Shown piece by piece: positions 37,611 to 47,681 of a stretch of 54,447 nucleotides of DNA. Source of the stretch: a virus (Duplodnaviria > Caudoviricetes); the IMG/VR virus record IMGVR_UViG_3300045579_000282, positions 1 to 54,447 of that record. One strand, given 5' to 3'. The first letter of the stretch is position 1. Every line of letters begins with the position of its first letter. Under the pieces are notes generated by a model, which did no database searches, was not told the origin of the DNA, and worked only from the letters and a program-made list of their open reading frames with translations. The position numbers and the translations under genes are program-made.

Positions 37611-40050
37611 TATCGGCTCCCTCGTGGTCAAACTCGCAGCAGAAACGGCCGAGTTCCGCGAAGACCTGGGCAAGAGTGCGCTGCTGTTGGAGCGCCACGC
37701 CGAATCCATGCGTGGTTCCTTGGAGAAGGTAGCCGAGGTCGCAAAGACCACCTTTGCCATCGCCATTGGCGTCGAATCGGTTGGTGCACTCAAGGAGTTG
37801 GTGGCCCACACATTGGAAACGGTGGCCGCACTGCAGGATCTGGCCGAGCAGACCGGGGCGAGTGCCACGGCTCTGTCTGGCTTTGCACCGGTGGCCACCA
37901 TTTCAGGTGTGGCCATGGAGCAAATCGGCGTGGGCCTGACCAAGCTCTCCAAAGGGCTGGCAGGAGTCGATGATGAAACCAAGGGGGCCTCACAGGCCCT
38001 GCAGTATTTGGGCGTGAAGGCCAAGGATGCGGGGGGCAACCTGCGTGATCCGGCTGAGGTCATGAACGACATTGCCCTCAAGCTCTCGAACTTCGAGGAC
38101 GGGGCGGGCAAGACGGCCATTGCGCTTGAACTGTTCGGCAAGTCTGGAGCTGGGCTGCTGCCCTTCCTCAAGGACCTGGCTGCCAACCAGGATCTGAACA
38201 TCCGGCTCACTGAAGCAGAGATCGAATCTGCTGAAAAAGCCTCGAAGGCGCTGGGCCGCATGCGGGCCGAGCACAACTTCGTCGCCCAGACCATCGTCAC
38301 GGCCGCGCTTCCTGCCCTCGAAGAGCTGGTGGGTGAGCTCAAGGCCGTGATGCTGGGCACGCACAACACGGCTGAGGCCATGGTCAAGCTGCGAGACGAC
38401 GGCACGCTCAAGACCTGGGCGCAGGACACGGCCTATGGCATTGCCATCGTGATCGATGCGCTGCGCGGTGTGATCCAGATGGCCAAGGCGGTGATGGGCA
38501 GCTTCGAGGCGGTCTGGGCCGATATTGAGTTGCTTGGCACTTTCCTCGCTGGTGGCAAGGGACTGAACCCATTTTCTGAGGAGAACCAGGCCACCCTCAA
38601 GACCGCATTGGAAAAACGCAATGCGATCGTTGAAAAGGCCAACCAGACCTACGTTGACCTCTGGAAGATGCCGCTTCTGGCCGATGCGGTCAAGGAGCGC
38701 TTTGATGCCATCAACCGAGGCGAGACCGAAGCGGCCGGTGAAGCCGCCAAGCCCAAGCTGAACTACAACTCGGCCACTGGCGCGCTCACTGCAGCGGCCA
38801 TGGCCAAGATTGAGAGCGACATCAAGCAGCTGCAGGGTCTGACCGATGTGGAAACGGGCCTTCTGAAGGACCGGCAAAAGATCATCGACCTCTATGAGGG
38901 GCAGGGTTACATCAGCTACAAGGAGGCCAGTGAGGCCCGGCTGAACGCCCAGCAGGAATTCACGGACCGCCTGGGTGAGTTGTATGCGCAGGAAGAGTCC
39001 ATCTTGAAGCGTGGTCTGGCCACCGTGGCCAAGACAGCCCAAGACAAATTGAAGCTGCAGGACAAGCTTTCGGAAATCACCCTGCGCCGAGAAAAGCTCG
39101 AGCGTGAAGCCCAACAGTCCAACCTCGAGCGCGAGATCAAGCTGCCGGGTGAAACACTCAAAGACCTGCAGGAGCAGGTGGCCAGGAGCCAGGGGCAGCT
39201 TCGATCGACCGAAGAGCAGATCAAGGTCCTGCGTGAGACCGGATCGATCAGCGAGATCGATGCGCTCAAACGACTGTCGGCTGCCAGGCGCTCAAGTGCT
39301 GATGAACTGGCGGATTTCGCTGCCAAGGCCAGAGAGCTGGTGGAGGCCACACCTGGCAATGACAAATTGGCCGAATCGTTTCGGCGCATCGAGGAGGCGG
39401 CCCGTCAAGCAGCCGATGGAGCAACCTTGCTGGGGCAACGAGCCCTTGAGTTGTCAGACCCCGGTGCAGGATTCTCAAAGGCGCTGCGCACCCTGGGTGA
39501 AGAAACCGAGCAGGTAGGCAAGCAGATGGAGGCGGTGACCAGCAAGGCCTTCAATGGGATGAAGGATGCGCTCACCAATTTCGTGATGACGGGCAAGCTC
39601 GACTTCAGGTCACTGGCCACCTCCATCATCTCTGACCTGATCCGCATTCAGATCCAGCGTGCCATCACGCTGCCCATAGCCAAGGCGCTGGGCAGCATGT
39701 TCGGGTTTGCCGACGGCGGGATCATGACCTCGTCAGGCCCCTTGCCTTTGCGGGCCTACGCCAGTGGCGGAGTGGCCACCACGCCTCAGTTGGCGGTCTT
39801 TGGCGAGGGCTCCATGGCCGAGGCCTATGTGCCGCTGCCCGATGGCCGCTCGATCCCCGTCACCATGAACCAGTCCTCGTCCGGGGGCGGTGATGTATTC
39901 AACATCTCGGTCAACGTAGCCGAGGGTGGGGTGACCAGCAGCGCAGGTCAGGGCAAAGACCTGGGGCGGGCGATTTCCAGCGCTGTGCGCCAGGAGCTTC
40001 TCAGCCAGAAGCGGGCCGGTGGTCTGCTCGACCCCCGAAGAACTGGATGA
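37603..40050 (+). CDS. Tail tape measure protein
   Basis: IGSLVVKL N-terminus, long Ala/Glu helical body, lambda-like C-terminus (FVMTGKLDF..SIISDL, GEGSMAEAYVPL). Confidence 0.93.
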   Translation: MADIGSLVVKLAAETAEFREDLGKSALLLERHAESMRGSLEKVAEVAKTTFAIAIGVESVGALKELVAHTLETVAALQDLAEQTGASATALSGFAPVATISGVAMEQIGVGLTKLSKGLAGVDDETKGASQALQYLGVKAKDAGGNLRDPAEVMNDIALKLSNFEDGAGKTAIALELFGKSGAGLLPFLKDLAANQDLNIRLTEAEIESAEKASKALGRMRAEHNFVAQTIVTAALPALEELVGELKAVMLGTHNTAEAMVKLRDDGTLKTWAQDTAYGIAIVIDALRGVIQMAKAVMGSFEAVWADIELLGTFLAGGKGLNPFSEENQATLKTALEKRNAIVEKANQTYVDLWKMPLLADAVKERFDAINRGETEAAGEAAKPKLNYNSATGALTAAAMAKIESDIKQLQGLTDVETGLLKDRQKIIDLYEGQGYISYKEASEARLNAQQEFTDRLGELYAQEESILKRGLATVAKTAQDKLKLQDKLSEITLRREKLEREAQQSNLEREIKLPGETLKDLQEQVARSQGQLRSTEEQIKVLRETGSISEIDALKRLSAARRSSADELADFAAKARELVEATPGNDKLAESFRRIEEAARQAADGATLLGQRALELSDPGAGFSKALRTLGEETEQVGKQMEAVTSKAFNGMKDALTNFVMTGKLDFRSLATSIISDLIRIQIQRAITLPIAKALGSMFGFADGGIMTSSGPLPLRAYASGGVATTPQLAVFGEGSMAEAYVPLPDGRSIPVTMNQSSSGGGDVFNISVNVAEGGVTSSAGQGKDLGRAISSAVRQELLSQKRAGGLLDPRRTG

Positions 40051-40064
40051 ATTAAGAGGTCCGT

Positions 40065-40403
40065 ATGGCGTCATTCACATGGATTGCATCGATTGGCGCA
40101 TCCCTCACCCTCAAACCCAATGTCCGCAAGGTCTCCTTTGGGGACGGGTACGAGCAGCGCATGGCCTTTGGCATCAACACCCAACCGGAGATCTGGTCCC
40201 TGGAGTTCAGGGGCAAATCAACGGCCGAGGCTGCTGCCATCGACAACTTCCTGCGTGCCCGTGGAGCGGTTCAGTCATTCGACTGGACTACCCCGAGCGG
40301 CATTGCGGGCAAATTTCTGTGCGAGGAGTGGAGTCGCACGGTGGAAGAACCCAATCTGGAAAACATCCGAGCCACGTTCAGGCAGGTGTTTGATCTCTCA
40401 TGA
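40065..40403 (+). CDS. Minor tail protein M-like
   Basis: FGDGYEQR..GIN, FLRARGAVQSFDWTTP. Confidence 0.9.
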   Translation: MASFTWIASIGASLTLKPNVRKVSFGDGYEQRMAFGINTQPEIWSLEFRGKSTAEAAAIDNFLRARGAVQSFDWTTPSGIAGKFLCEEWSRTVEEPNLENIRATFRQVFDLS

Positions 40404-41104
40404 CAGCACAAGCCATTACCTCAGAAATTCAGCAACTTTCCCCGAGTGCTGTCATCGAGCTTTTCGTGATGGACCTGACCCTCTTCAATGAGGGGGTGGT
40501 TCGATTTCATGCGGGCACCAACGAGCTGCGCCGTCAGGTGGTCTGGCAAGGCAACACCTATGAGCCGTTCCCTATCCAGGCTGAAGGCTTTGAGTTCAAC
40601 GGCAACGGCCAGGTGCCGCGTCCCAAACTCAAGGTGGCCAACGTCACGGGCAGCATCACTGCGCTGATCCTCTCCTACCAGGACCTGGTGGGGGCTCGGG
40701 TCACGCGAAAACGCACGCTGCTCAAGTACCTTGATGCCGTGAATTTCGGGACCGGTACCAATCCGACTGCAGACCCGACTGCCGAGTTTGCCGACGATGT
40801 GTATTTCATTGATCGAAAGTCACGAGAGACCCGGGATGTGGTCGAGTTTGAGTTGGCAGCCTCTTTCGATCTCGAAGGAGTGTCCTTGCCTAGGCGGCAG
40901 ATTGTTCAGAACGTCTGCCCCTGGAGCTACCGGAGCTCGGAGTGCGGCTATACCGGGACGGCCTATTTCAACGCCAACGATGAAACGGTGACTAGCCGGG
41001 TTCAGGATGTCTGCGGCAAAAGGCTCGCGTCCTGCCAGAAGCGCTTTGGCTCGAATGCCGAGTTGCCCTTTGGCGGGTTCCCAGCGGCGGGCTTGATCCG
41101 ATGA
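40400..41104 (+). CDS. Minor tail protein L-like
   Basis: YLDAVNF, CPWSYRSSECGY, DVCGKRLASC..RF, FGGFP. Confidence 0.93.
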   Translation: MTAQAITSEIQQLSPSAVIELFVMDLTLFNEGVVRFHAGTNELRRQVVWQGNTYEPFPIQAEGFEFNGNGQVPRPKLKVANVTGSITALILSYQDLVGARVTRKRTLLKYLDAVNFGTGTNPTADPTAEFADDVYFIDRKSRETRDVVEFELAASFDLEGVSLPRRQIVQNVCPWSYRSSECGYTGTAYFNANDETVTSRVQDVCGKRLASCQKRFGSNAELPFGGFPAAGLIR

Positions 41105-41832
41105 TGGACTCCGTCAACCAATCGCTGGCGCTGGCCCATGCTGCTCGGGAGTTTCCCCGTGAAGCCTGTGGCCTGCTCGTCATTCACAAGGGCCGGGAGA
41201 CCTATGTCCCATGCCGCAACATTGGCGTGGGTACCGACCAGTTCGTGATCCACCCCGAGGACTATGTCCGGGCCGATCGGCTTGGAGAGATCGTGGGGGT
41301 GTTCCATTCCCATCCGAATCTGCCCGCCGAGCCCAGCCAGGCCGACAAAGTGGCCTGCGAAGCTTCCGGCTTGCCCTGGTTCATTCTGTCCTTCCCCTCT
41401 GGACAGTGGCATGAGACGCAGCCATCTGGCTACATCGCTCCCTTGGTCGGTCGGGCATGGGCCCACGGCGTACTCGATTGCTACTCGGTGATCCGGGACT
41501 GGTATCGGGCAGAGCGGGGCATTGACCTGCCGAACTTTGACCGCTTTGACGAATGGTGGAAGCGCGGCCAGAGCCTGTACCTCGACAACTTCGGCTCGGC
41601 AGGCTTTGAGGCGCTGGGCTCCGTTCAATCCCAAGACATGGAAGTCGGCGATGTGCTCCTGATGCAGGTGGCTTCGCCCGTTCCCAACCATGCCGCCATT
41701 TACCTGGGTGACGGTCTGATCCTGCATCACCTGCAGGGCAGGCTTTCCAGCCGGGATGTGTATGGCGGCTACTGGCAAAAGATCACGACGCACATCTTGA
41801 GACATCGCACAGAAACAAACAACCCTCCATGA
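41101..41832 (+). CDS. Tail tip protein K-like (JAB + NlpC/P60)
   Basis: PREACG, HSHP..PSQAD, DCYS, NHAAIYLG..ILHH. Confidence 0.93.
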   Translation: MMDSVNQSLALAHAAREFPREACGLLVIHKGRETYVPCRNIGVGTDQFVIHPEDYVRADRLGEIVGVFHSHPNLPAEPSQADKVACEASGLPWFILSFPSGQWHETQPSGYIAPLVGRAWAHGVLDCYSVIRDWYRAERGIDLPNFDRFDEWWKRGQSLYLDNFGSAGFEALGSVQSQDMEVGDVLLMQVASPVPNHAAIYLGDGLILHHLQGRLSSRDVYGGYWQKITTHILRHRTETNNPP

Positions 41833-42422
41833 CCACCATCATCCTTCTCGGCGAGCTGGGCAAGCGCTTCGGGCGCAGGCACAAGATGGCTGTGGCCACT
41901 GCTGCGGAAGCGGTGCGTGCCCTGTGCGCGAACTTTCCCACCTTTGAGCGAGAGCTCGTGGCTTCAGGTGAGCGAGGTGTGGGCTACCGGGTGCTGGCCG
42001 GGCGGGACGCCTTGAATCTTGATCGGCTGCATGAGCCCACGGGCCAGCAGCACATCACGATTGCACCTGTAATCTCCGGTGCTGGGGGCAATGGGCTGGG
42101 CCAGATCCTTTTGGGGGCGGCTCTGATCGCTGTGTCCTGGTGGAACCCGATGGGCTGGGCTGCGGCGGGATCGTTTCTCTCGCAAGCCACGCTCTATTCG
42201 GTGGGTACGTCCATGATTTTGGGAGGCGTGGCCCAGATGATTGCTCCGACGGCCAAGTCTTCTGACCCTTCCGAGCGACCAGAAAACCAGCCGAGCTACG
42301 TTTTCAACGGCGCTGTGAACACCACGGCCCAGGGGCATCCCGTGCCTGTGGGTTATGGGCGGCTGATTGTGGGGTCTGCCGTGATCAGCGCAGGCATTGA
42401 TGTGGATGAGATCGCTGTATGA
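41829..42422 (+). CDS. Tail assembly protein I-like
   Basis: LGELGKRFG, AEAVRAL, NTTAQGHPVPVGYG..VGSAVIS. Confidence 0.92.
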   Translation: MTTIILLGELGKRFGRRHKMAVATAAEAVRALCANFPTFERELVASGERGVGYRVLAGRDALNLDRLHEPTGQQHITIAPVISGAGGNGLGQILLGAALIAVSWWNPMGWAAAGSFLSQATLYSVGTSMILGGVAQMIAPTAKSSDPSERPENQPSYVFNGAVNTTAQGHPVPVGYGRLIVGSAVISAGIDVDEIAV

Positions 42423-45400
42423 GCACCCAGAGCACTTCTCTGATCATTGGCGCAGGTGGTGGAAAAGGTGGGGGCGGCAGCGCTCGCGTGGCCCAGGAAG
42501 CGCCCGACAGCCTGCGCTCCAAGGCTTATGCCCGGGTGGTTGACCTCGTCTGCGAGGGTGAGATCGAGGGCTTGGCCGCTGGCCTGCAATCCGTCTACCT
42601 GGACGACACGCCTATCCAAAATTCGGATGGCTCGTACAACTTCACCGGCGTGACGCTGGAGGCGCGCACAGGCACCCAGCAGCAAAGTTATATCCCCGGC
42701 TTTTCCTCTGTGGAAAACGAGGTCTCGGTCGGGGTGGAATGCAAATTCGGTCAGCCCGTGGTGCGCTCCATCACCGACCCGGATGTGGACGCTGTGCGCA
42801 TCAAGGTCAGCATCCCGACGCTAACGCTGCAGGACACGACCAATGGTGACCTGAGCGGTACTTCGGTCACTTATGCGATCGACCTGCAGTCCCGGGGAGC
42901 CGGGTACGTGCAGATCCTGCAGGACACGGTTTCAGGCAAGACCTCATCGCGCTACCAGCGCAGTTACTACGTTCCTTTGTCCGGGACTGGTCCTTGGGAT
43001 GTGCGCCTGCGTCGCATCACGGCCGACTCGACGCAGACCAGCCTGCAAAACAAGACCTTCCTCGAGTCCTACACTGAGGTGATCGAGAGCAAGCTGCGCT
43101 ACCCCAACAGCGCGCTGATGGCCTTGCGGGTTGACGCCTCCCAGTTCACCTCGATTCCCAGGCGCAGCTATGACTTGAAGCTCCTTCGGGTTCGCATCCC
43201 GACGAACTACTTTCCCGAGACTCGCTCCTATGCCGGTGTCTGGGATGGTAGCTTCAAGGTCGCCTGGGCGGACAACCCGGCCTGGTGTTTCTATGACCTG
43301 GTGACCAATACCCGCTACGGTCTTGGCAACTACATCCCAGAGTCGCAGGTCGACAAATGGGCGCTGTACCGGGTGGCCAAGTACTGTGACGAGTTCGTAC
43401 CCAACGGGCTGGGTGGCTATGAGCCACGCTTTACCTGCAACCTGTACCTGCAGACCCGGGAGCAGGCCTACAAGGTGGTGCAGGACATGGCCTCGGTCTT
43501 TCGGGGCATGGCTTACTGGTCGGGTGGTGCCATCACGGTCACGCAGGATGCGCCGCAGGATCCGGTTTACCAGTTCACCGCTGCCAATGTCGTCGATGGC
43601 GAGTTCGCCTATCAGGGGTCCTCTGCCAAGGCTCGGCACACGGTGGCGCTGGTCAGCTGGGTGGATCCGGACGATTTCTACCGCCAGAAGGTGGAATACG
43701 TCGAGGACCTCGCAGGCATCGCCCGTTATGGGGTGGTGCAAGCCGATGTGGTGGCCATGGGGTGCACCTCTCGTGGTCAGGCCAACCGGGTGGGCAAATG
43801 GCTGCTGTACTCCGAGCAGTCTGAGTCGGAGATCATCACTTTCCGCACTGGACTCGAGGGAGCAGTGGTCCGACCTGGCGATGTGGTCAAGGTGGCTGAT
43901 GCCAGCCGGGGTGGCATGCGACTGGGTGGACGCATTGCTGCGGCCACAACCGTGAACGTCACGCTCGATCAGGACTTGCCAGCAGGATCCTGGCGGATCT
44001 CCGTGGTGCTGCCCACGGGCGTCGTTGAAGAGCGACAAGTGGGGTCGCTCTCCGGCCAGACAGTGGGGGTGACCAGCGCGTTTTCGATGACCCCCCAGGT
44101 GGGCGCGATCTGGGTGCTGTCTTCTACGCTGGTGGAGGCTCAGCTCTTTCGGGTGGTGCAAGTCGCTGAAAGCGAACCCGGCATCCACGAAATCACGGCG
44201 CTGGCGCACAACCCCAGCAAGTACGTAGCCATTGAGCAGGGCTTGGCCTTGCAGCCTCGTGCCATCACGGTGCTCTCGACCACGCCAGCGGCCCCGACGG
44301 GGCTGACCGTGACCGAGAGCCTTTACCGGGTCAAGGATCAGGCGCTGGTGCTGATCCAGCTCGGCTGGGAGCAGGTCTTTGGGGCACTGGAGTACCAGGT
44401 CACCTACCGCGTCAACGGCGGCAACACCGTCACACTGCCCAAAGTCTCCAGCACCTATCTGGAGATCCGAAACGCTGAGGCCGGTGACTATGTCTTCACG
44501 GTCCGATCTGTGGGGGTATCGGGCAAGCTGGGCAACTCCGCAAGCCTGAGCCAGAGCATTCTGGGCAAGCTCCAGCCGCCAGATGATGTGCAGGACTTTG
44601 TGGTGCTGCGCCGCACGACCGATCTACTCCTGAGCTGGAGTGCCAACACCGATGCCGACCTCTCGGGGTATGAGGTCAGGGTGGGCACAGGGTGGGATTC
44701 GGGTGTGCTGGTGGGGCAGACGGCGGGCACGCAGTTGGTGCACGACCAAAGCGAGTCGGGTCAGTACAACTATCACATCCGTGCCTTTGACACTTCCGGA
44801 AAGTACAGCCAACACGTCACCACCTTCCAGCTCACCTTGCTCGCTCCCTCATCGGTGCGGCAATTCGATGTGGTGCAGTCAGCCAACCGGCTGGAGTTTC
44901 GTTGGCTGCCCAATCCCGAGCCTGAGGTCGTGGCCTATGAGTTGCGAGAGGGGGGTGCCTGGGACACCTCGATCTTCATCGCCGAGGTCAAGTCCAGCAG
45001 TTTCACGCTGCCCTCAGGCTTTGATGGGGAGCGCAAGTTCTGGATCAAGGCAATCGCATCGCCCGGCATTTATTCGGAAGAAGCCACCTTCGTCTCCACC
45101 GTGGTGGCGCAGCCCCAGAACGCCAATCTGCTGGTGACAGTGGATGCGCAGGCGACCCGATTCCCCGGAGTGAAGCATTTCGCTTCGGTCGAATCAGTCA
45201 ACAGCCTGGATGTGCTGCGCATGGACAGCGGGGTGACCCAGTCCGAGTACCTGTTTGAGGTGAATTTGCCCACCAGTTACCGGGCACAAAACACCTTGCT
45301 GGCCAGCATCGGTGCGACTCTGGACGACCGCGAGACCTGGACCTCTGCCAATTACGCCTGGATCAGCTCGGCTGCCAGGCGGCAATGGACCTATGACGGT

Positions 45401-45937
45401 GCACTCAAAAGCATCGAAGCGAGGTTTCAGATGGCCCGTGAGGATGCGCTGCAAGCGGGTGAGCTCTACGGGTGGCGACTCAATGGGGTGCTCGGTGGCT
45501 ACGGAAATCCCGTGAGCGCTGAAGCCATTGGCGTGGGCTATGGCGATGGGCGCTACGGCAGTGGTGTGCTGGTCAAGGACACGACCAAGGTGTCCTGGGG
45601 GGTGAGTATTCCGGGTGTCTTTCATGTGAGCTTCTGGTTCATCCCGAACCAGATCACCACATCGGTCATCTGGACTGCGACAGGGGGAGGTGTAGGTACA
45701 GGGGTGAGCCTCCTCGTCGGCTATGACTCGGTGGCAGGAACCTTCTTTCTGGAGGACCAGCTCTTTAACCGGGTGGTTGTGGCTTACCCCGTGAACGTGG
45801 CTGATCGCATCTGCATCGGTGTGTGCCAGACAGCAACAGAGCGCAGGCTTTTCATCGGAAAGATGGGAGGCGAGGTCCAAAGCGCAAGCCAACCTCTGGC
45901 ACCGACAGCGGGGTATTCGACCCTCAAGCTGTACTGA
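42419..45937 (+). CDS. Host specificity/tail tip protein J-like with FN3-like repeats
   Basis: CEGEIEG, DNPAW, EPRFTCN, GCTSRGQA.R.GKW; C-terminal beta-sandwich repeats. Confidence 0.93.
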   Translation: MSTQSTSLIIGAGGGKGGGGSARVAQEAPDSLRSKAYARVVDLVCEGEIEGLAAGLQSVYLDDTPIQNSDGSYNFTGVTLEARTGTQQQSYIPGFSSVENEVSVGVECKFGQPVVRSITDPDVDAVRIKVSIPTLTLQDTTNGDLSGTSVTYAIDLQSRGAGYVQILQDTVSGKTSSRYQRSYYVPLSGTGPWDVRLRRITADSTQTSLQNKTFLESYTEVIESKLRYPNSALMALRVDASQFTSIPRRSYDLKLLRVRIPTNYFPETRSYAGVWDGSFKVAWADNPAWCFYDLVTNTRYGLGNYIPESQVDKWALYRVAKYCDEFVPNGLGGYEPRFTCNLYLQTREQAYKVVQDMASVFRGMAYWSGGAITVTQDAPQDPVYQFTAANVVDGEFAYQGSSAKARHTVALVSWVDPDDFYRQKVEYVEDLAGIARYGVVQADVVAMGCTSRGQANRVGKWLLYSEQSESEIITFRTGLEGAVVRPGDVVKVADASRGGMRLGGRIAAATTVNVTLDQDLPAGSWRISVVLPTGVVEERQVGSLSGQTVGVTSAFSMTPQVGAIWVLSSTLVEAQLFRVVQVAESEPGIHEITALAHNPSKYVAIEQGLALQPRAITVLSTTPAAPTGLTVTESLYRVKDQALVLIQLGWEQVFGALEYQVTYRVNGGNTVTLPKVSSTYLEIRNAEAGDYVFTVRSVGVSGKLGNSASLSQSILGKLQPPDDVQDFVVLRRTTDLLLSWSANTDADLSGYEVRVGTGWDSGVLVGQTAGTQLVHDQSESGQYNYHIRAFDTSGKYSQHVTTFQLTLLAPSSVRQFDVVQSANRLEFRWLPNPEPEVVAYELREGGAWDTSIFIAEVKSSSFTLPSGFDGERKFWIKAIASPGIYSEEATFVSTVVAQPQNANLLVTVDAQATRFPGVKHFASVESVNSLDVLRMDSGVTQSEYLFEVNLPTSYRAQNTLLASIGATLDDRETWTSANYAWISSAARRQWTYDGALKSIEARFQMAREDALQAGELYGWRLNGVLGGYGNPVSAEAIGVGYGDGRYGSGVLVKDTTKVSWGVSIPGVFHVSFWFIPNQITTSVIWTATGGGVGTGVSLLVGYDSVAGTFFLEDQLFNRVVVAYPVNVADRICIGVCQTATERRLFIGKMGGEVQSASQPLAPTAGYSTLKLY

Positions 45938-45972
45938 CAGATCAGTTCAGACAAATCAATCAACCTGAGTAC

Positions 45973-46008
45973 AGGCGTTGCACCCAATGGGGCAGCGCCT
46001 ATTTTTTT
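45973..46008 (+). terminator. Terminator-like hairpin after J
   Basis: AGGCGTTGC..GCAGCGCCT stem followed by ATTTTTTT. Confidence 0.55.
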
Positions 46009-46019
46009 GGAGAAATCCC

Positions 46020-46466
46020 ATGATGGATGAAGGTATGCAAATCAAAGGCTCGCTCACGCTGGTGCTGGCCAAGCCCAGTGGCGAAGTCGAGGTAGTCCAC
46101 AAGGACAACATCATCGTCAACGGCGGCTTTGACTTCGTGGCCGATGCGATTGGCAACTCTGGCAGCCGCCCTGGAGTGATGGGCTGGATTGCGGTGGGGA
46201 CGGGCACGACAGCCGCAGCATCCACCCAGACCGCCCTGGTCACTGAGATCAAACGCAACGCCTCGACCTACGCCCACACGGCAGGCACCAAGGTGTTCAC
46301 CTTTACGGCCAGTTATGCGGCGGGTGACGCCACAGGTGCATTGACCGAAGCGGGTGTGTTCAACGCAGCCTCGGCCGGAACCATGTTCGATCGTGTGGTG
46401 TTCCCGGTGGTCAATAAGGGTGTGGATGACAGCCTGACCGCAGTTTTTACCTTCACGATGAGCTGA
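46020..46466 (+). CDS. Tail-associated structural protein
   Basis: NIIVNGG, IAVGTG, LTEAGVF..MFDR, a pattern seen in tail/baseplate fibre-attachment proteins; GGAG RBS. Confidence 0.65.
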   Translation: MMDEGMQIKGSLTLVLAKPSGEVEVVHKDNIIVNGGFDFVADAIGNSGSRPGVMGWIAVGTGTTAAASTQTALVTEIKRNASTYAHTAGTKVFTFTASYAAGDATGALTEAGVFNAASAGTMFDRVVFPVVNKGVDDSLTAVFTFTMS

Positions 46467-46479
46467 TCGGGCGAATGAC

Positions 46480-47670
46480 ATGGCCGAGACCGTCAATGTC
46501 TCAAGCTCGCCGGGGGCCAATTACACCTGGACCACTGGCAAGTTTGCATGGAGCAGCGCCACAGCCGGTAAGAACTGGACGAGTGCATTTCCGGCGGTCT
46601 ACAGCCTGAGCGTGGCCACGGACATCGGTTTCACGGAATTGATCCAGAAGCTGGGCATCAAGCGAAGCTCCGAAACCATTGCCTTTGCTGAGAAACAAGG
46701 CAAAGGGCTGGTATTGAACAAGTTCGAGGTCATGAGTTTCGCGGAGACCTACACGGACCTCATTGCCTTCGTTCTGAGGTTTGTCGAATCCTTTGCGTTG
46801 GCAGAAAAGAGCGGGCTTTCCAACACCAAGCGGGTGTTTGAGGTGTTTCAGGTGGCCGAGGGGTTGGCACGGCAGATTGCACTGAGAAAATTCGAGACGC
46901 TGGCGCTGGCTGAGACCTACACCGACCTCATTGCGTTCATCTTGCGCGTGGGCGAAAGCTTCAGCTTTACCGAGAAACCATCGAAGGCTCTCACTAAGCC
47001 ACAGGCAGAGAGCTTCAGGTTCACTGAGATGCTGTCCAGGTCGCAGGTCAAACGGATCTCTGAGGCGTTTGTGTTCGCTGAGGTTTTCGGACGGACTGTT
47101 GCCTACCGCAAGGCCATCAGCGAAGGGTTCGCGATGGGCGAGGCGCTGCGGCGTGCGCAGACCTTGAAGTTGGCCGAGGCCTTGAACCTGGCTGAGCAAT
47201 ACCGAAGGCGAGCCAACGGGGTCATCAGCGACATGATCGTCGCCAGCACCGAGATTACTGAGCAGGACTTCATGGACATCCTGGAGTCAGGTCACCCACC
47301 GGGCTACACCAACTTCCGGGACTTCATTCAGGGCGACTACACCTACCAGCGGGCGCTGTTCAGGGCGATTCTGACCTCCAGCAATGCTGATCGGGGCTAC
47401 ATCGATGGCCTGCGCGTCACGGTCGATGTGCCCGATGTCTTTGACCGTGGAACTGCCCAGGTGAGCAATGCTGCCAATGGCGTGATGGTTGTCTTTTCCC
47501 GGCAGTTTCGTGTCTCGCCAGAGGTCACGCTCACCTTCAAGGGGGGCACCACGGTGGCCGTCCCCCGAATCCTGGGTGCGGTTTCGACCACCGGCTTCAC
47601 CGCAGTTCTTGAAAACACCTCTGGTACCCGGGTCACAGGGGCCATTTCTTGGGTTGCTCAAGGATATTGA
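46480..47670 (+). CDS. Tail-associated protein with 14-residue periodic repeats
   Basis: AETYTDLIAF(V/I)LR repeated 56 aa apart, E-x-F-x-F-x-E periodicity; C-terminal VDVPD..F...P beta domain. Confidence 0.6.
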   Translation: MAETVNVSSSPGANYTWTTGKFAWSSATAGKNWTSAFPAVYSLSVATDIGFTELIQKLGIKRSSETIAFAEKQGKGLVLNKFEVMSFAETYTDLIAFVLRFVESFALAEKSGLSNTKRVFEVFQVAEGLARQIALRKFETLALAETYTDLIAFILRVGESFSFTEKPSKALTKPQAESFRFTEMLSRSQVKRISEAFVFAEVFGRTVAYRKAISEGFAMGEALRRAQTLKLAEALNLAEQYRRRANGVISDMIVASTEITEQDFMDILESGHPPGYTNFRDFIQGDYTYQRALFRAILTSSNADRGYIDGLRVTVDVPDVFDRGTAQVSNAANGVMVVFSRQFRVSPEVTLTFKGGTTVAVPRILGAVSTTGFTAVLENTSGTRVTGAISWVAQGY

Positions 47671-47681
47671 TAGGGCATTAA

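Noticed and set aside
37245-39114. Long antisense ORFs (394 and 374 aa) within tape measure gene
   Set aside because: Shadow ORFs with non-protein-like composition.
42944-44209. 421-aa antisense ORF within J
   Set aside because: Shadow ORF opposite a well-supported gene.
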